Shown here: piece by piece, positions 21,135 to 30,912 of the stretch
How positions within the stretch are numbered: position 1 is the stretch's first letter
Layout: each line of letters opens with the position of its first letter
Origin: Bacteroidales bacterium
GTDB lineage: Bacteria; Bacteroidota; Bacteroidia; Bacteroidales; VadinHA17
NCBI GenBank assembly: GCA_025358645.1
Contig: JANYIW010000321.1
Location: 1-55,602, forward strand
Length of the DNA stretch: 55,602 bases
Reading direction: 5' to 3'
Made by a program: the position numbers and the translations under genes
The notes under the pieces: generated by a model
Databases searched by the model: none
What the model saw: only the letters and a program-made list of their open reading frames with translations
What the model was told of the DNA's origin: nothing

Positions 21135-21782
21135 TTAATGAAGTTTTGTTCCGATAAGGTGCATGAATTCCTCACGGGTCTCATGATTATCCAGGAAAAT
21201 CCCTGTAAATGCAGAAGTTGTTGTCACAGAGTTTTGTTTTTGTACCCCTCTGATCTGCATGCACAGATGTTGTGCCTCAATTACAACAGCTACGCCTGAA
21301 GGATTCAGACAGTCCTGTACACAATTCCTTATTTGTGTTGTAAGTCTTTCCTGAACCTGAAGCCTTCTGCTGAAAGCTTCAACAACGCGGGCTATCTTGC
21401 TAAGACCGGTAATATAACCATCTGGAATATATGCAACATGTGCTTTTCCGAAAAATGGAAGCATGTGATGTTCACACATAGAGTAGAGATCAATATCTTT
21501 TACCAGAACCATCTGTTTGTAGTCCTCTTTAAATTTTGCAGAGTTTATAATATTACAAGGGTTTTGCTGATACCCGTTTGTCAGAAAATAAAGAGCTTTG
21601 GCAACTCTTACAGGAGTTCCTTTAAGTCCTTCCCGGTCAGGATCTTCACCGATGAGTTTTAAAACCTTATAGTAAACCGATGACAATTCATCAAGGTTTT
21701 CCCCGTCCCAGGTTTCTATCTTATTGTATCCATCCACTAAAATACCACTACCATTGTTGATTGATTCTATCTTTTTAGCCAT
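21135..21782 (-). CDS. folE: GTP cyclohydrolase I
   Basis: [28 protein letters not shown]. Confidence 0.97.
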   Translation of the reverse strand: MAKKIESINNGSGILVDGYNKIETWDGENLDELSSVYYKVLKLIGEDPDREGLKGTPVRVAKALYFLTNGYQQNPCNIINSAKFKEDYKQMVLVKDIDLYSMCEHHMLPFFGKAHVAYIPDGYITGLSKIARVVEAFSRRLQVQERLTTQIRNCVQDCLNPSGVAVVIEAQHLCMQIRGVQKQNSVTTTSAFTGIFLDNHETREEFMHLIGTKLH

Positions 21783-22185
21783 AATATTCTATTGAATTAT
21801 TTTCTGTTTCGTCAATTTTAACACAGTGAAGGCTAGCCCCGGCCTTCTCAATAAAAGGGTTCAGTTCATCCCAGATAGCAATAGTAAGGTTTTCAGTTGT
21901 TGCTATTTTCTCTTTCATAAATTCAACCTCAAGATTAATGTTCTTATGATCAATTTTATCAATTATATTTTCAATTATTATCTGTTTCAGGATGTTGCTA
22001 TTCATTATGAAACCATTTTCCTCTGACGGTTCCCCCTTGACGGTTACCCATAAGATATAGTTATGTCCGTGCCAGTTTGGATTAGAGCATTTACCGAATA
22101 CTCTCAGGTTAATTTCATCGGACCACTCCTTCCTGAACATCCTGTGTGCTGCACTGAATCTCTCCCGACGTGTCAGGTATATCAT
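21775..22185 (-). CDS. 6-pyruvoyl-tetrahydropterin synthase / QueD family
   Basis: [28 protein letters not shown]. Confidence 0.9.
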   Translation of the reverse strand: MIYLTRRERFSAAHRMFRKEWSDEINLRVFGKCSNPNWHGHNYILWVTVKGEPSEENGFIMNSNILKQIIIENIIDKIDHKNINLEVEFMKEKIATTENLTIAIWDELNPFIEKAGASLHCVKIDETENNSIEYYG

Positions 22186-22292
22186 GATTTCGTATATTAA
22201 TGATACAATATTAACCAATAAAATTGATCTTTATAATTCATAAAAGCGATATATTTACTGTTCTTTCAATTTAAATGGTCACAGCTCCAACC

Positions 22293-22973
22293 ATGTCATT
22301 TAGAATATTATTTGTTACTGCTACCATTTCTGAAGCAGATGTCCTGAAAAAAATCAGTGGGATGGTGACTGTTCCGGAAGGTTTCCGTTTTGGTAAGTTT
22401 GAAATATTCCTCCTGGTCACCGGAGTGGGATCAATTTCAACAGCATGGGCATTGAAACAATGGATTACATTGAACGGGAAACCGCAACTTGCTATTAATT
22501 GTGGGATTGCAGGAAGTTATAAAGATGAGTTTATTCCGGGAGATGTGGTAATGCCTTTCTCAGACTGTTTTGCAGATGCCGGAATCGAAGATGGTGATAA
22601 TTTTTTTACCCTCACCGAAGCCGGATTGGTAAGTGCAGATGAGTTTCCTTACATAGATGGCCATATATTTACTGATACCAGGTATATTGATAAGATAAAG
22701 AGCATATTAAAACCAGTCAGAGCAATAACTGTCAACACAGCTACTGGCTCTGATGCTTCCAGAAGAAAGCTGTTGGAAAAATTTAATCCTGATATTGAGA
22801 CAATGGAAGGTGCAACTTTTTTCTATATTTGCTCCCTGGAAAATATTCCTTTTATAGCTCTGAGGGCAATCTCAAACAAAGTTGAACGACGCAATAAAAA
22901 CAATTGGAACATTGCTCTTGCACTTAATAATCTGTCAGCAAAGCTTAATGAAGTACTTTTAACACTGGAGTGA
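22293..22973 (+). CDS. mqnB: Futalosine hydrolase
   Basis: PNP/MTAN fold TGVG, GIAG, ETMEGA, RAISN.V..R...W; adjacent to mqnD. Confidence 0.88.
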   Translation: MSFRILFVTATISEADVLKKISGMVTVPEGFRFGKFEIFLLVTGVGSISTAWALKQWITLNGKPQLAINCGIAGSYKDEFIPGDVVMPFSDCFADAGIEDGDNFFTLTEAGLVSADEFPYIDGHIFTDTRYIDKIKSILKPVRAITVNTATGSDASRRKLLEKFNPDIETMEGATFFYICSLENIPFIALRAISNKVERRNKNNWNIALALNNLSAKLNEVLLTLE

Positions 22974-22977
22974 GAAT

Positions 22978-23814
22978 ATGAAATTAAGTTTGGGTTTTTC
23001 ACCATGTCCTAACGATACATTCATTTTTGATGCAATGGTGCATGGCAGAATTGATACTGAAGGGTTGGAGTTTGATTATTTTCTGACTGATGTTGAAGAG
23101 CTGAACAGAAAAGCTTTTACTTCTGATATTGATATTACAAAGATTAGCTACCATGCTTATGCGCATGTTGCACAGAACTATCTGATTCTTGATTCGGGCA
23201 GTGCCCTTGGTCACAGAAACGGGCCATTACTGATAAGCAAACGCCGGATTGGAATCGCTGAACTTTCGAAATTAAAGATTGCCATTCCCGGCAAGTATAC
23301 TACGGCAAACCTTCTTTTCAGTATTGCCTGGCCCGATGTTGTTAATAAGACCGAATATCTCTTTTCAAATATTGAAGATGCACTTTTAAAAGATGAGGTT
23401 GATGCCGGGCTTATAATCCATGAAACAAGATTTACATATTATAAAAGAGGGCTTCATAAATTAGCAGATATGGGGGAATACTGGGAGACACTTACCGGCT
23501 TGCCAATACCTCTTGGTGCAATCGTAATAAAGAGGAATATTTCTGATGATATTGCATTGAAAGTTAATCGCGTAATACGAAGGAGTCTTGAATATGCTTA
23601 CAAAGATTCATTTGCCTCTTACGATTTTGTGTCTGGTAATGCTAAAGAGATGGACAGTACTGTTATGAATAATCATATAAAGTTGTTCGTGAATGAATAT
23701 ACCCTTAACCTGGGTAGCCGGGGAAGAGAGGCAGTTATTGAACTCTTCAGGATTGCCCTTGAAAAAGGAGTTATACCTTCCTTACCAGACAGGATTTTTC
23801 TTACCTCACTTTGA
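22978..23814 (+). CDS. mqnD: 1,4-dihydroxy-6-naphthoate synthase
   Basis: GFSPCPNDTF, DVEELN, IIHE.RF, PIPLG. Confidence 0.93.
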   Translation: MKLSLGFSPCPNDTFIFDAMVHGRIDTEGLEFDYFLTDVEELNRKAFTSDIDITKISYHAYAHVAQNYLILDSGSALGHRNGPLLISKRRIGIAELSKLKIAIPGKYTTANLLFSIAWPDVVNKTEYLFSNIEDALLKDEVDAGLIIHETRFTYYKRGLHKLADMGEYWETLTGLPIPLGAIVIKRNISDDIALKVNRVIRRSLEYAYKDSFASYDFVSGNAKEMDSTVMNNHIKLFVNEYTLNLGSRGREAVIELFRIALEKGVIPSLPDRIFLTSL

Positions 23815-23902
23815 GGATACTCTGGATTAAAAATGCTAAATTTGAACATAGCTTATTGTTCATTGTTTAAGTTTTGAGAGTATTAATCAAAATAATTAAA
23901 TC

Positions 23903-24478
23903 ATGGCATTTGAATTACCAAAACTTCCGTACAAGCTGGATGCGCTTGTTCCATACATTAGTGAAGAGACCCTTGAGTATCACTATGGTAAGCATCATCA
24001 GACTTATGTCAATAATCTTAATGGATTAGTTCCCGGAACTGAATTTGAAAAATCTGATCTGGAAACAATTATTAAGAAAGCTGAAGGTGGCATCTTTAAT
24101 AATGCCGCACAGGTATGGAATCATACATTCTACTTTGAATCTTTTGCTCATGCTGGCAGAAAGGTACCAAAAGGTGACCTCGCTGATGCTATAAATGCTT
24201 CATTTGGATCGTTCGATTCATTTAAAGAGCAATTTAATAAAGCAGCAGCTACGCTATTTGGAGCCGGATGGGCATGGCTGGCAAAAAAAGAGGACGGCAG
24301 TCTGCAGATCTTACAGGAATCGAACGCGGGCAACCCGTTGCGCAAAGGTCTTAAACCTCTTATAACCTGCGATGTATGGGAACATGCCTATTATATTGAT
24401 TACAGAAATAAACGTCCGGATTATGTAAAATCCTTCTGGGAAATTCTTGATTGGGACATTGTTTCAAAACGGTTCTGA
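23903..24478 (+). CDS. sodB: Fe/Mn superoxide dismutase (Fe-type residues)
   Basis: [23 protein letters not shown]; -7 element TAAATTTG at 23837. Confidence 0.9.
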   Translation: MAFELPKLPYKLDALVPYISEETLEYHYGKHHQTYVNNLNGLVPGTEFEKSDLETIIKKAEGGIFNNAAQVWNHTFYFESFAHAGRKVPKGDLADAINASFGSFDSFKEQFNKAAATLFGAGWAWLAKKEDGSLQILQESNAGNPLRKGLKPLITCDVWEHAYYIDYRNKRPDYVKSFWEILDWDIVSKRF

Positions 24479-24540
24479 TTGTAGAAAATCCTTAAGATAA
24501 TTTCCCCTGTAAATATACCCTGAGACTAACAAAGATTAAG

Positions 24541-25113
24541 ATGAACCTGAAGGAACTGATATTTAAAACCCGGTCATATCGCCGTTTCGATGAATCACAC
24601 AAAATTGATGCCCAAACGATAGAATCGCTAATAGACCTTGCCCGGTTGTCTGCATCCGGGGCAAACAAACAACCACTGAAATATCTTTATTTCAATACTA
24701 CAAACGATTGTGAAAAGATATTCCCATACTTAGCCTGGGCCGGATACTTAACTGATTGGTCAGGACCGGACAAAGGAGAAAGACCGACAGGATATATCAT
24801 TATACTGGGCGATAAATCAATATCAGAATTATTTGGTGTTGATCATGGAATTGCTGCACATAGTATTATGCTGGGTGCCACAGACGCCGGCCTTGGCGGG
24901 TGTATTATCGGATCAATAAAACGTGATGAACTAATCAACGAATTTTCAATCCCGGATAATTTTGATATACTTTTAATTCTTGCACTTGGGAAACCAGTTG
25001 AAAATGTAATTATTGAAGATATCAAAAAGGATGATGTGAAATATTGGAGAGATAAGAACAAAAACCATCATGTACCAAAAAGAAGCTTAAATGAGCTGAT
25101 TCTTAAGCTATAA
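24541..25113 (+). CDS. Nitroreductase family protein
   Basis: RSYRRF, SASGANKQP, GLGGC, VPKR. Confidence 0.88.
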   Translation: MNLKELIFKTRSYRRFDESHKIDAQTIESLIDLARLSASGANKQPLKYLYFNTTNDCEKIFPYLAWAGYLTDWSGPDKGERPTGYIIILGDKSISELFGVDHGIAAHSIMLGATDAGLGGCIIGSIKRDELINEFSIPDNFDILLILALGKPVENVIIEDIKKDDVKYWRDKNKNHHVPKRSLNELILKL

Positions 25114-25127
25114 CCTTAATACTGAAG

Positions 25128-25850
25128 ATGAAATACCGTTTTCACTTTATTATTATTATATCTCTTTTCATAAGTCAGTCATGTTTTTGCCAGGAAATGG
25201 ACAATGCAGGAGTCAGGATCCTTTTTCATGGAATCGTAATAGATGCTAATACTCTTTCTCCGATTTCAAATTCTCAGATTCTTATAAACCATCAATTCAC
25301 TTCCGTCAGCAATCCCGACGGAACCTTCGCTTTTTTTGTAAACAGAAATGATACCGTCCTTTTCAAACATCTTGCCTTTAAGAATACAATGTTTTTCGTT
25401 AGTGATACCCTTGTCGGAAAGGAGTTTGTGGCAGGAATATATATGAAAAGCGATACATTATCAATAGGAGAGGTTGTTATCGTTCCAAGATTCACCAACC
25501 TGAAATCTGAAATAATGAATGCACCCAGCCGGGTTTCCTCTACTATGAATAATGCCAGGTATAACGTTGCATTATCAGGTTACCAGGGACGAACCACTCA
25601 GGGAAAACTAGGTGATCCGGCCACGAATTATGGATTATTACGCCAGAGACAGAAGATTAATGCCTACGAAAAAGGTGGCATTCCCTCTGACAAAATAGTA
25701 GGTTTAAGTCCATTATTATTGCTCCCTGCCGCATATCTTCTGATTCATGGTGTACCCGAAAAGCCTGCTCCCTTTGAACATAACCTCACCGATCAGGAGC
25801 TTGATCAGATTCAGAAGAAGTATCTGGAAATCCACAATAAGGAGAAGTAG
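25128..25850 (+). CDS. Exported protein with carboxypeptidase-regulatory-like domain
   Basis: Signal peptide; G.VID......, DG.F, DT..F, L.EV.I pattern. Confidence 0.6.
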   Translation: MKYRFHFIIIISLFISQSCFCQEMDNAGVRILFHGIVIDANTLSPISNSQILINHQFTSVSNPDGTFAFFVNRNDTVLFKHLAFKNTMFFVSDTLVGKEFVAGIYMKSDTLSIGEVVIVPRFTNLKSEIMNAPSRVSSTMNNARYNVALSGYQGRTTQGKLGDPATNYGLLRQRQKINAYEKGGIPSDKIVGLSPLLLLPAAYLLIHGVPEKPAPFEHNLTDQELDQIQKKYLEIHNKEK

Positions 25851-25856
25851 GAAGTA

Positions 25857-25887
25857 AGGTATGAGGCGTGAGGTGTGAGGTATGAGG
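25857..25887 (+). repeat. Heptamer tandem repeat (AGGYRTG)x4
   Basis: AGGTATG AGGCGTG AGGTGTG AGGTATG AGG between convergent genes. Confidence 0.75.
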
Positions 25888-25954
25888 ACTCCCTGCCGCG
25901 AGTCACAAACCCCGATTGATTTTACTTTTATCTTTTGTCTTATTTTATTTTATC

Positions 25955-26866
25955 TTATCCTTTATAAAATACCGCTTTGATTATGTGACTCGCCATCTTT
26001 GGATTTTCTTTCAGCCGACGAGTTGAATAGCCAAACCATTGTTTACCGAAAGGCACGTAGACTCTCATGTTATGTCCTTCATTTACAATTCTTTCACGCA
26101 GGTTTGGTGTTACTCCATAAAGCATCTGGAATTCATACATGTCTTTTGGCACATTATATTTTTTGATGAGACTGTATGCACCTTCTATCAGAGGTTTATC
26201 GTGTGTAGCAATACCCACATATATTTTATTCCTGAATATAAATTCCAGGTCTTCAAGGTAATGACGATTGATCTCCTCATATTTTTTAAAAACTATTGAT
26301 TCAGGTTCAATATAAATTCCTTTGCAGAGCCTGTAACTTACTGGAATCTCAGTACTGTTAAGATCTGTCATTTGTTCAAGGTCTTTCAACGTTCTTTTCA
26401 GGTATGCCTGTACTACAAGTCCCACATTTGCAGGAAATTCAGCCTTTAATCTACGGAATAAAATGATCTCATCGTCGGTACAGGGAGAATCCTCCATATC
26501 AATTCTGATGAACCCATTAAACTTAGCAGCCTTTGCAACTATCTCGCGGATGTGATTATAGCATATCTCCTTGTCGATTAGTAAACCGAAACTGGTAGGT
26601 TTAAGCGAAAAATTCCCGTTTATATGATTTTTGTAAGAAACATCTATAAGATTAAGATACTCATTCTTATTTGATTCTGCTTCATCAAGAGTATTTATAA
26701 ATTCTCCAAGAATGTCTAATGTAACTTTTATGTTTTTGTTATTCAAATCTTTAGATACACGCATAGCATCATCTATAGTTTCCCCGGCTATATAAGATCT
26801 TGAGAATATCCAAATAAATTTCTTCGGGAAATAAGGCAATATTGCCGCAATAAATTTGTTGAACAT
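25955..26866 (-). CDS. Monofunctional proline dehydrogenase
   Basis: LGE, RIDMED, QAYL.R, RLCKG.Y, ATHD, FQMLYG, RRLKENP. Confidence 0.93.
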   Translation of the reverse strand: MFNKFIAAILPYFPKKFIWIFSRSYIAGETIDDAMRVSKDLNNKNIKVTLDILGEFINTLDEAESNKNEYLNLIDVSYKNHINGNFSLKPTSFGLLIDKEICYNHIREIVAKAAKFNGFIRIDMEDSPCTDDEIILFRRLKAEFPANVGLVVQAYLKRTLKDLEQMTDLNSTEIPVSYRLCKGIYIEPESIVFKKYEEINRHYLEDLEFIFRNKIYVGIATHDKPLIEGAYSLIKKYNVPKDMYEFQMLYGVTPNLRERIVNEGHNMRVYVPFGKQWFGYSTRRLKENPKMASHIIKAVFYKG

Positions 26867-26948
26867 AATTTGAATTTATATCTTAAAAAAATTAACTTTC
26901 TTTTTATCTGTAATAAAACGCTAAGAAAACTGATCTGATCTGATTTTT

Positions 26949-26966
26949 TAATGACCTTTGTCATTA
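26949..26966. promoter_or_regulatory. Palindromic operator (Crp/Fnr-like)
   Basis: TAATGAC-CTTT-GTCATTA in the divergent proline dehydrogenase/ECF intergenic region. Confidence 0.45.
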
Positions 26967-27022
26967 GGAAAACATGAAAAAAGCATTAATTCATTTAATT
27001 TGAAGAAACTTATTCCTATTAT

Positions 27023-27049
27023 GCAACCTTTTATTTTATTAACATGTCT
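27023..27049 (+). promoter_or_regulatory. Putative ECF autoregulatory promoter
   Basis: GCAACC-N16-TGTCT just upstream of the ECF gene, resembling ECF -35 AAC / -10 GTC. Confidence 0.45.
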
Positions 27050-27067
27050 TAGAAATGTCCTCAGTTT

Positions 27068-27631
27068 ATGATGAGCGAGCAGCAAATAATAGAGTTGTGT
27101 TCCAGGCATGACAGAAAAGCGCAACAGGTACTCTATGATAAGTATTCGCGTCTACTGCTGGGGGTGTGTCTCAGGTATGCAACTGATAAAGCGGAGGCTG
27201 AAGATATTTTGCAGGATAGTTTTTTAAAGATATTTTTTAGTATAAAGGATTTTAAGGGATCAGGTTCTTTTATAGGTTGGATAAGGAAAGTTACGGTAAA
27301 CACTGCAATAACTCATTACCATAAGAACCTCAAATACAGATATCATGTTGAAATTGAGGAGTATGAATCGGTTGAAACAGGGGTAACAAGTTTTGAGGAA
27401 GATTTTTATACATCGGATGAGTTATATAAGGTGTTGAATGAATTGCCTACCGGTTATAGAATGGTATTCAACCTTTATGCTGTAGAAGGGTATAAGCATA
27501 AAGAAATCGCTGAGATGCTGGGCATAGATACAAATACATCCAAGTCACAATATAGCAGGGCAAAAGCTGTAATAAGAGACAAACTTGAAAAACTTGGAAA
27601 ATTGAAAAGTAGTTATTCGGATCTTATTTGA
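27068..27631 (+). CDS. ECF RNA polymerase sigma factor
   Basis: AEDILQD.F, F.GW, LP.GYR.VFNLYAVEGY.HKEIA..LGI...TSKSQ. Confidence 0.95.
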   Translation: MMSEQQIIELCSRHDRKAQQVLYDKYSRLLLGVCLRYATDKAEAEDILQDSFLKIFFSIKDFKGSGSFIGWIRKVTVNTAITHYHKNLKYRYHVEIEEYESVETGVTSFEEDFYTSDELYKVLNELPTGYRMVFNLYAVEGYKHKEIAEMLGIDTNTSKSQYSRAKAVIRDKLEKLGKLKSSYSDLI

Positions 27632-27659
27632 AAAAACGGGATAGCAGATAAAAACAGAA

Positions 27660-28994
27660 GTGAAGTCGAAAAAGCAAAATATTAATTTAAGGGAGTTATT
27701 CAGTCAGAAATTGGAATACGCCGAGGTTATGCCTGATGCATCAATCAAATCAAACCTGATGCGACGGGTTGCCAGAAAAGAATTCATGCGCTTCAATCCA
27801 GCCAGGTTAAATATATATTACATTGGAGGAATTCTGATAGCAGGTATTACTACTGCGGTACTTCTTTTTTCCACCTCAAAAGCCACCGAAAGATTAAATC
27901 CTTCAGGTCCAAATGATAACTTATTCAAAACTGATACAAGCAGCTATATAGAAATTCAGGTAAAACAACCTGTAAGAAAAGAACCGGGAAAATCTAAACC
28001 GATTCGCAATGAATCAATGAGGAATATTTCTGTTTTCGTACCTCCTGCCAAGGTTAATCCTGAGGCGTCAATAGAAAGAGTTTCACATAAAAGCAGTATC
28101 TCTTTTCCTCCCGGTATCAATAATCCACTATCTAAAAATGGCTTATTTGTTGAATCCATTGCTGACAAGAAAAAACTTCAGAGTGGATTTAAATCCGATG
28201 CATTTTTAATTGATCCCCTTGTTTCAGTTGGTTGTGCTCCTCTTAAATTGCGGTTTCATAATAAATCAACTTCTTATGTTTCGTGTAGATGGACCTTTGG
28301 TGACGGCGGTTATTCCAATGAAAAGGATCCGGAATGGATATTTGATATTGAGGGTGATTATAAGGTTGTACTACAGGTCTTTAACCGTGATGGGGAAAGT
28401 TTATCATCTTCAGCTGTTGTAACGGTTCATCCCAGACCTCAGGCACATTTTGAATTTACTCCGGAAAAGGCTGTAATTCCTAATGATGAGATCCACTTTC
28501 TGAATTATTCCACTAATGCTGTTCAGTTCAAATGGGATTTCGGAGATGGAATTACATCAGATTTTTATGAACCCAGACATACTTATACAAAGTTCAGTAA
28601 TTACGATGTTCGGCTTATAGTTAATTCAGATTGGGGTTGTTCTGATTCTCTTGTTGTTTTAAATGCATTCTCCGGATCAGAGTATTTCATCAATTTCCCG
28701 AATGCATTTATACCTGATGCTCAGGGTTCAACGGGTGGTTATTATTCATTCAAAAGTGACGAAGCAGCACAGGTATTTCATCCTTCGTACTCAGGGGTAA
28801 CGGATTATCATCTAAAGATATTCAGCAAACTTGGGATCGCCATTTTTGAAAGCAGCGACATTAATTTAGGTTGGGATGGCTATAATAAAGGACAACTATG
28901 CGAACCTGGTGTTTATATCTGGAAAGTCAGAGGTAAATACAGAAACGGTGAACCATTCATAAAAATGGGTGATGTGACTCTGCTTAAAAACTGA
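27660..28994 (+). CDS. Membrane-anchored PKD-domain protein with T9SS type-B CTD (CHU_C); putative anti-sigma factor
   Basis: Charged N-terminal ~50 aa, one TM helix, linker, two PKD (WTFGDG, WDFGDG), PNAF.P..GWDG..PGVY.W..G.VTLL. Confidence 0.8.
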   Translation: MKSKKQNINLRELFSQKLEYAEVMPDASIKSNLMRRVARKEFMRFNPARLNIYYIGGILIAGITTAVLLFSTSKATERLNPSGPNDNLFKTDTSSYIEIQVKQPVRKEPGKSKPIRNESMRNISVFVPPAKVNPEASIERVSHKSSISFPPGINNPLSKNGLFVESIADKKKLQSGFKSDAFLIDPLVSVGCAPLKLRFHNKSTSYVSCRWTFGDGGYSNEKDPEWIFDIEGDYKVVLQVFNRDGESLSSSAVVTVHPRPQAHFEFTPEKAVIPNDEIHFLNYSTNAVQFKWDFGDGITSDFYEPRHTYTKFSNYDVRLIVNSDWGCSDSLVVLNAFSGSEYFINFPNAFIPDAQGSTGGYYSFKSDEAAQVFHPSYSGVTDYHLKIFSKLGIAIFESSDINLGWDGYNKGQLCEPGVYIWKVRGKYRNGEPFIKMGDVTLLKN

Positions 28995-29191
28995 AATAGA
29001 ATTGGTGTTCTCTGGTTTTAAACCTATTCCGAAATTAGTCCTGTAATCCTATTTATCTGGTTAAATTATTTTTCCTATTTTTAAAAATATATGTCGTAAT
29101 TCGAATCTTTTAGGTATAAAATTCGTTAAATCATATTAGATTTAAATTTGATTTAGCTATTTTCGTCATTATAAACCTAACTGGATCTATC

Positions 29192-30181
29192 TTGGTGAAG
29201 CGGATTGTATATTTCCTGGTAATGTCATTTATCATTATTTCAGATAGTTATGGTCAGGATCCTACATTCTCCCAGTTTTATGCCAATGCTTTATATCTAT
29301 CACCATCTTTTGCCGGCGCTACGTCTGAATATAGGTTTGCACTAAATTACAGAAATCAATGGCCCGCAGTACCAGGTGTGTTTCATACCTATAGCATCTC
29401 ATTCGATAAGGCCCTGACTAACTTCAATTCGGGTATTGGAGTTCTTGCAACTTATGATGTGGCAGGATCAGGAAATCTGAGTACAACGAATATCGGACTT
29501 CTCTATTCGTATGATTTTAACATTAATAAGCAGTGGCATATCAGACCCGGAATTAACTTTAAGTTCTACTACCTCGGACTCGACATTAATAAACTTATTT
29601 TTAATAGCCAGATAACAGGAAGCGGAACATCACCATCAGTAACACCTCCTCCATTCGATAATGTGGCTGATGTTGATTTTGCAACCTCTGCGCTGGTTTA
29701 TAATGAGAGGACATGGGCCGGATTTACCCTGGATCATCTGCTTAAACCAAAAACATCTTTCTATGGTAATGATGCAACTGTTCCTGTTAAGTATAATTTT
29801 TATGGTGGTGCCCAGATTTTGAAAAAAACACGGTTACGTCAAAAAATGCAGGAAGTTCTTTCTGTTGCCATAAACTTTCAGAAACAAGGTAAATTCTACC
29901 AGTCCGATCTTGGCCTTTATTATTATAAAGACCCTCTTATCTTCGGAATCTGGTACAGGGGGATTCCCTTCGCTACATCTCAGGTTGGTGATGCAGTAAT
30001 TGGTCTGATTGGAATAAAGACCAGCCAGCTTCATATCGGGTATAGCTACGACTTTACAATTTCAAGCCTGATAGGTTCAACCGGAGGCGCTCATGAAATC
30101 TCACTTGTTTATGAATTCAATAACCTGTCGCTAGGTCAGCTGAAAAAGCGAATCAGATCAATCCCATGTCCCGAATTCTAA
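29192..30181 (+). CDS. T9SS membrane protein PorP/SprF family
   Basis: QDP.FSQFY, P.FAG, NYRNQW, GYSYD, GAHEISL, CPEF. Confidence 0.92.
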   Translation: MVKRIVYFLVMSFIIISDSYGQDPTFSQFYANALYLSPSFAGATSEYRFALNYRNQWPAVPGVFHTYSISFDKALTNFNSGIGVLATYDVAGSGNLSTTNIGLLYSYDFNINKQWHIRPGINFKFYYLGLDINKLIFNSQITGSGTSPSVTPPPFDNVADVDFATSALVYNERTWAGFTLDHLLKPKTSFYGNDATVPVKYNFYGGAQILKKTRLRQKMQEVLSVAINFQKQGKFYQSDLGLYYYKDPLIFGIWYRGIPFATSQVGDAVIGLIGIKTSQLHIGYSYDFTISSLIGSTGGAHEISLVYEFNNLSLGQLKKRIRSIPCPEF

Positions 30182-30306
30182 CAGAATAGAGTCTCAACGG
30201 CTTATATCATGTAAAACAAATTTAAAAATATAAGTGCGAGTAAGTCTCATTTATTAATTTGTTTATATTTGCGCCTGACTAATGTTTAACAAATATTCAA
30301 TTTGAG

Positions 30307-30906
30307 ATGAAGAAACTATCTGTAATTCTGTATGTTGTCCTGTTTTTGGCTGTGGCAGGCCTTTATTTTCTACATTTTTCAGGGAATAAAAAATCAATAA
30401 AAAGTACAACAGCAGGCAATAGTGCCGGGTCCACGACACAAGGGATTGCTTATATCAATATAGATTCAGTTATTTTTAAATTTGATATGTTTTTAGATAG
30501 AAGAACCGATTTGATCGCTAAGCAAAAAAGCGCTGAAGCAGAACTCAATTCAAAAGGGAGTCAATATGAAAAAGGTGCAAAGGATTATCAGAATAAAGTA
30601 AATAAGGGTCTCATTACAAGGGCTGCTGCGGCACAGATAGAGCAATCACTTGTTCAACAGCAACAGGAACTTGTATCTTTACGCGATAAACTCCAGTCTA
30701 ACCTTGTAGAGGAAGAGCAGGTTATGAATCGTCAGATACTCGAATATATTACGAAATTCCTTGAGCAGAACAAAGCAGATTACAACTATCAGTATATTTT
30801 CGGAAAAAGTTTCGGAAGCGTCGTTCTCTATAGTGATAATTCAATGGATATAACACCAAAAGTACTGGATGCCATTAACAAAAAATATAAGACAGAGAAA
30901 AAATAA
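30307..30906 (+). CDS. OmpH family protein (N-terminal membrane anchor)
   Basis: IAYINIDS, coiled coil, DIT..V...N; -7 element TATATTTG at 30264. Confidence 0.85.
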   Translation: MKKLSVILYVVLFLAVAGLYFLHFSGNKKSIKSTTAGNSAGSTTQGIAYINIDSVIFKFDMFLDRRTDLIAKQKSAEAELNSKGSQYEKGAKDYQNKVNKGLITRAAAAQIEQSLVQQQQELVSLRDKLQSNLVEEEQVMNRQILEYITKFLEQNKADYNYQYIFGKSFGSVVLYSDNSMDITPKVLDAINKKYKTEKK

Positions 30907-30912
30907 TAATTA

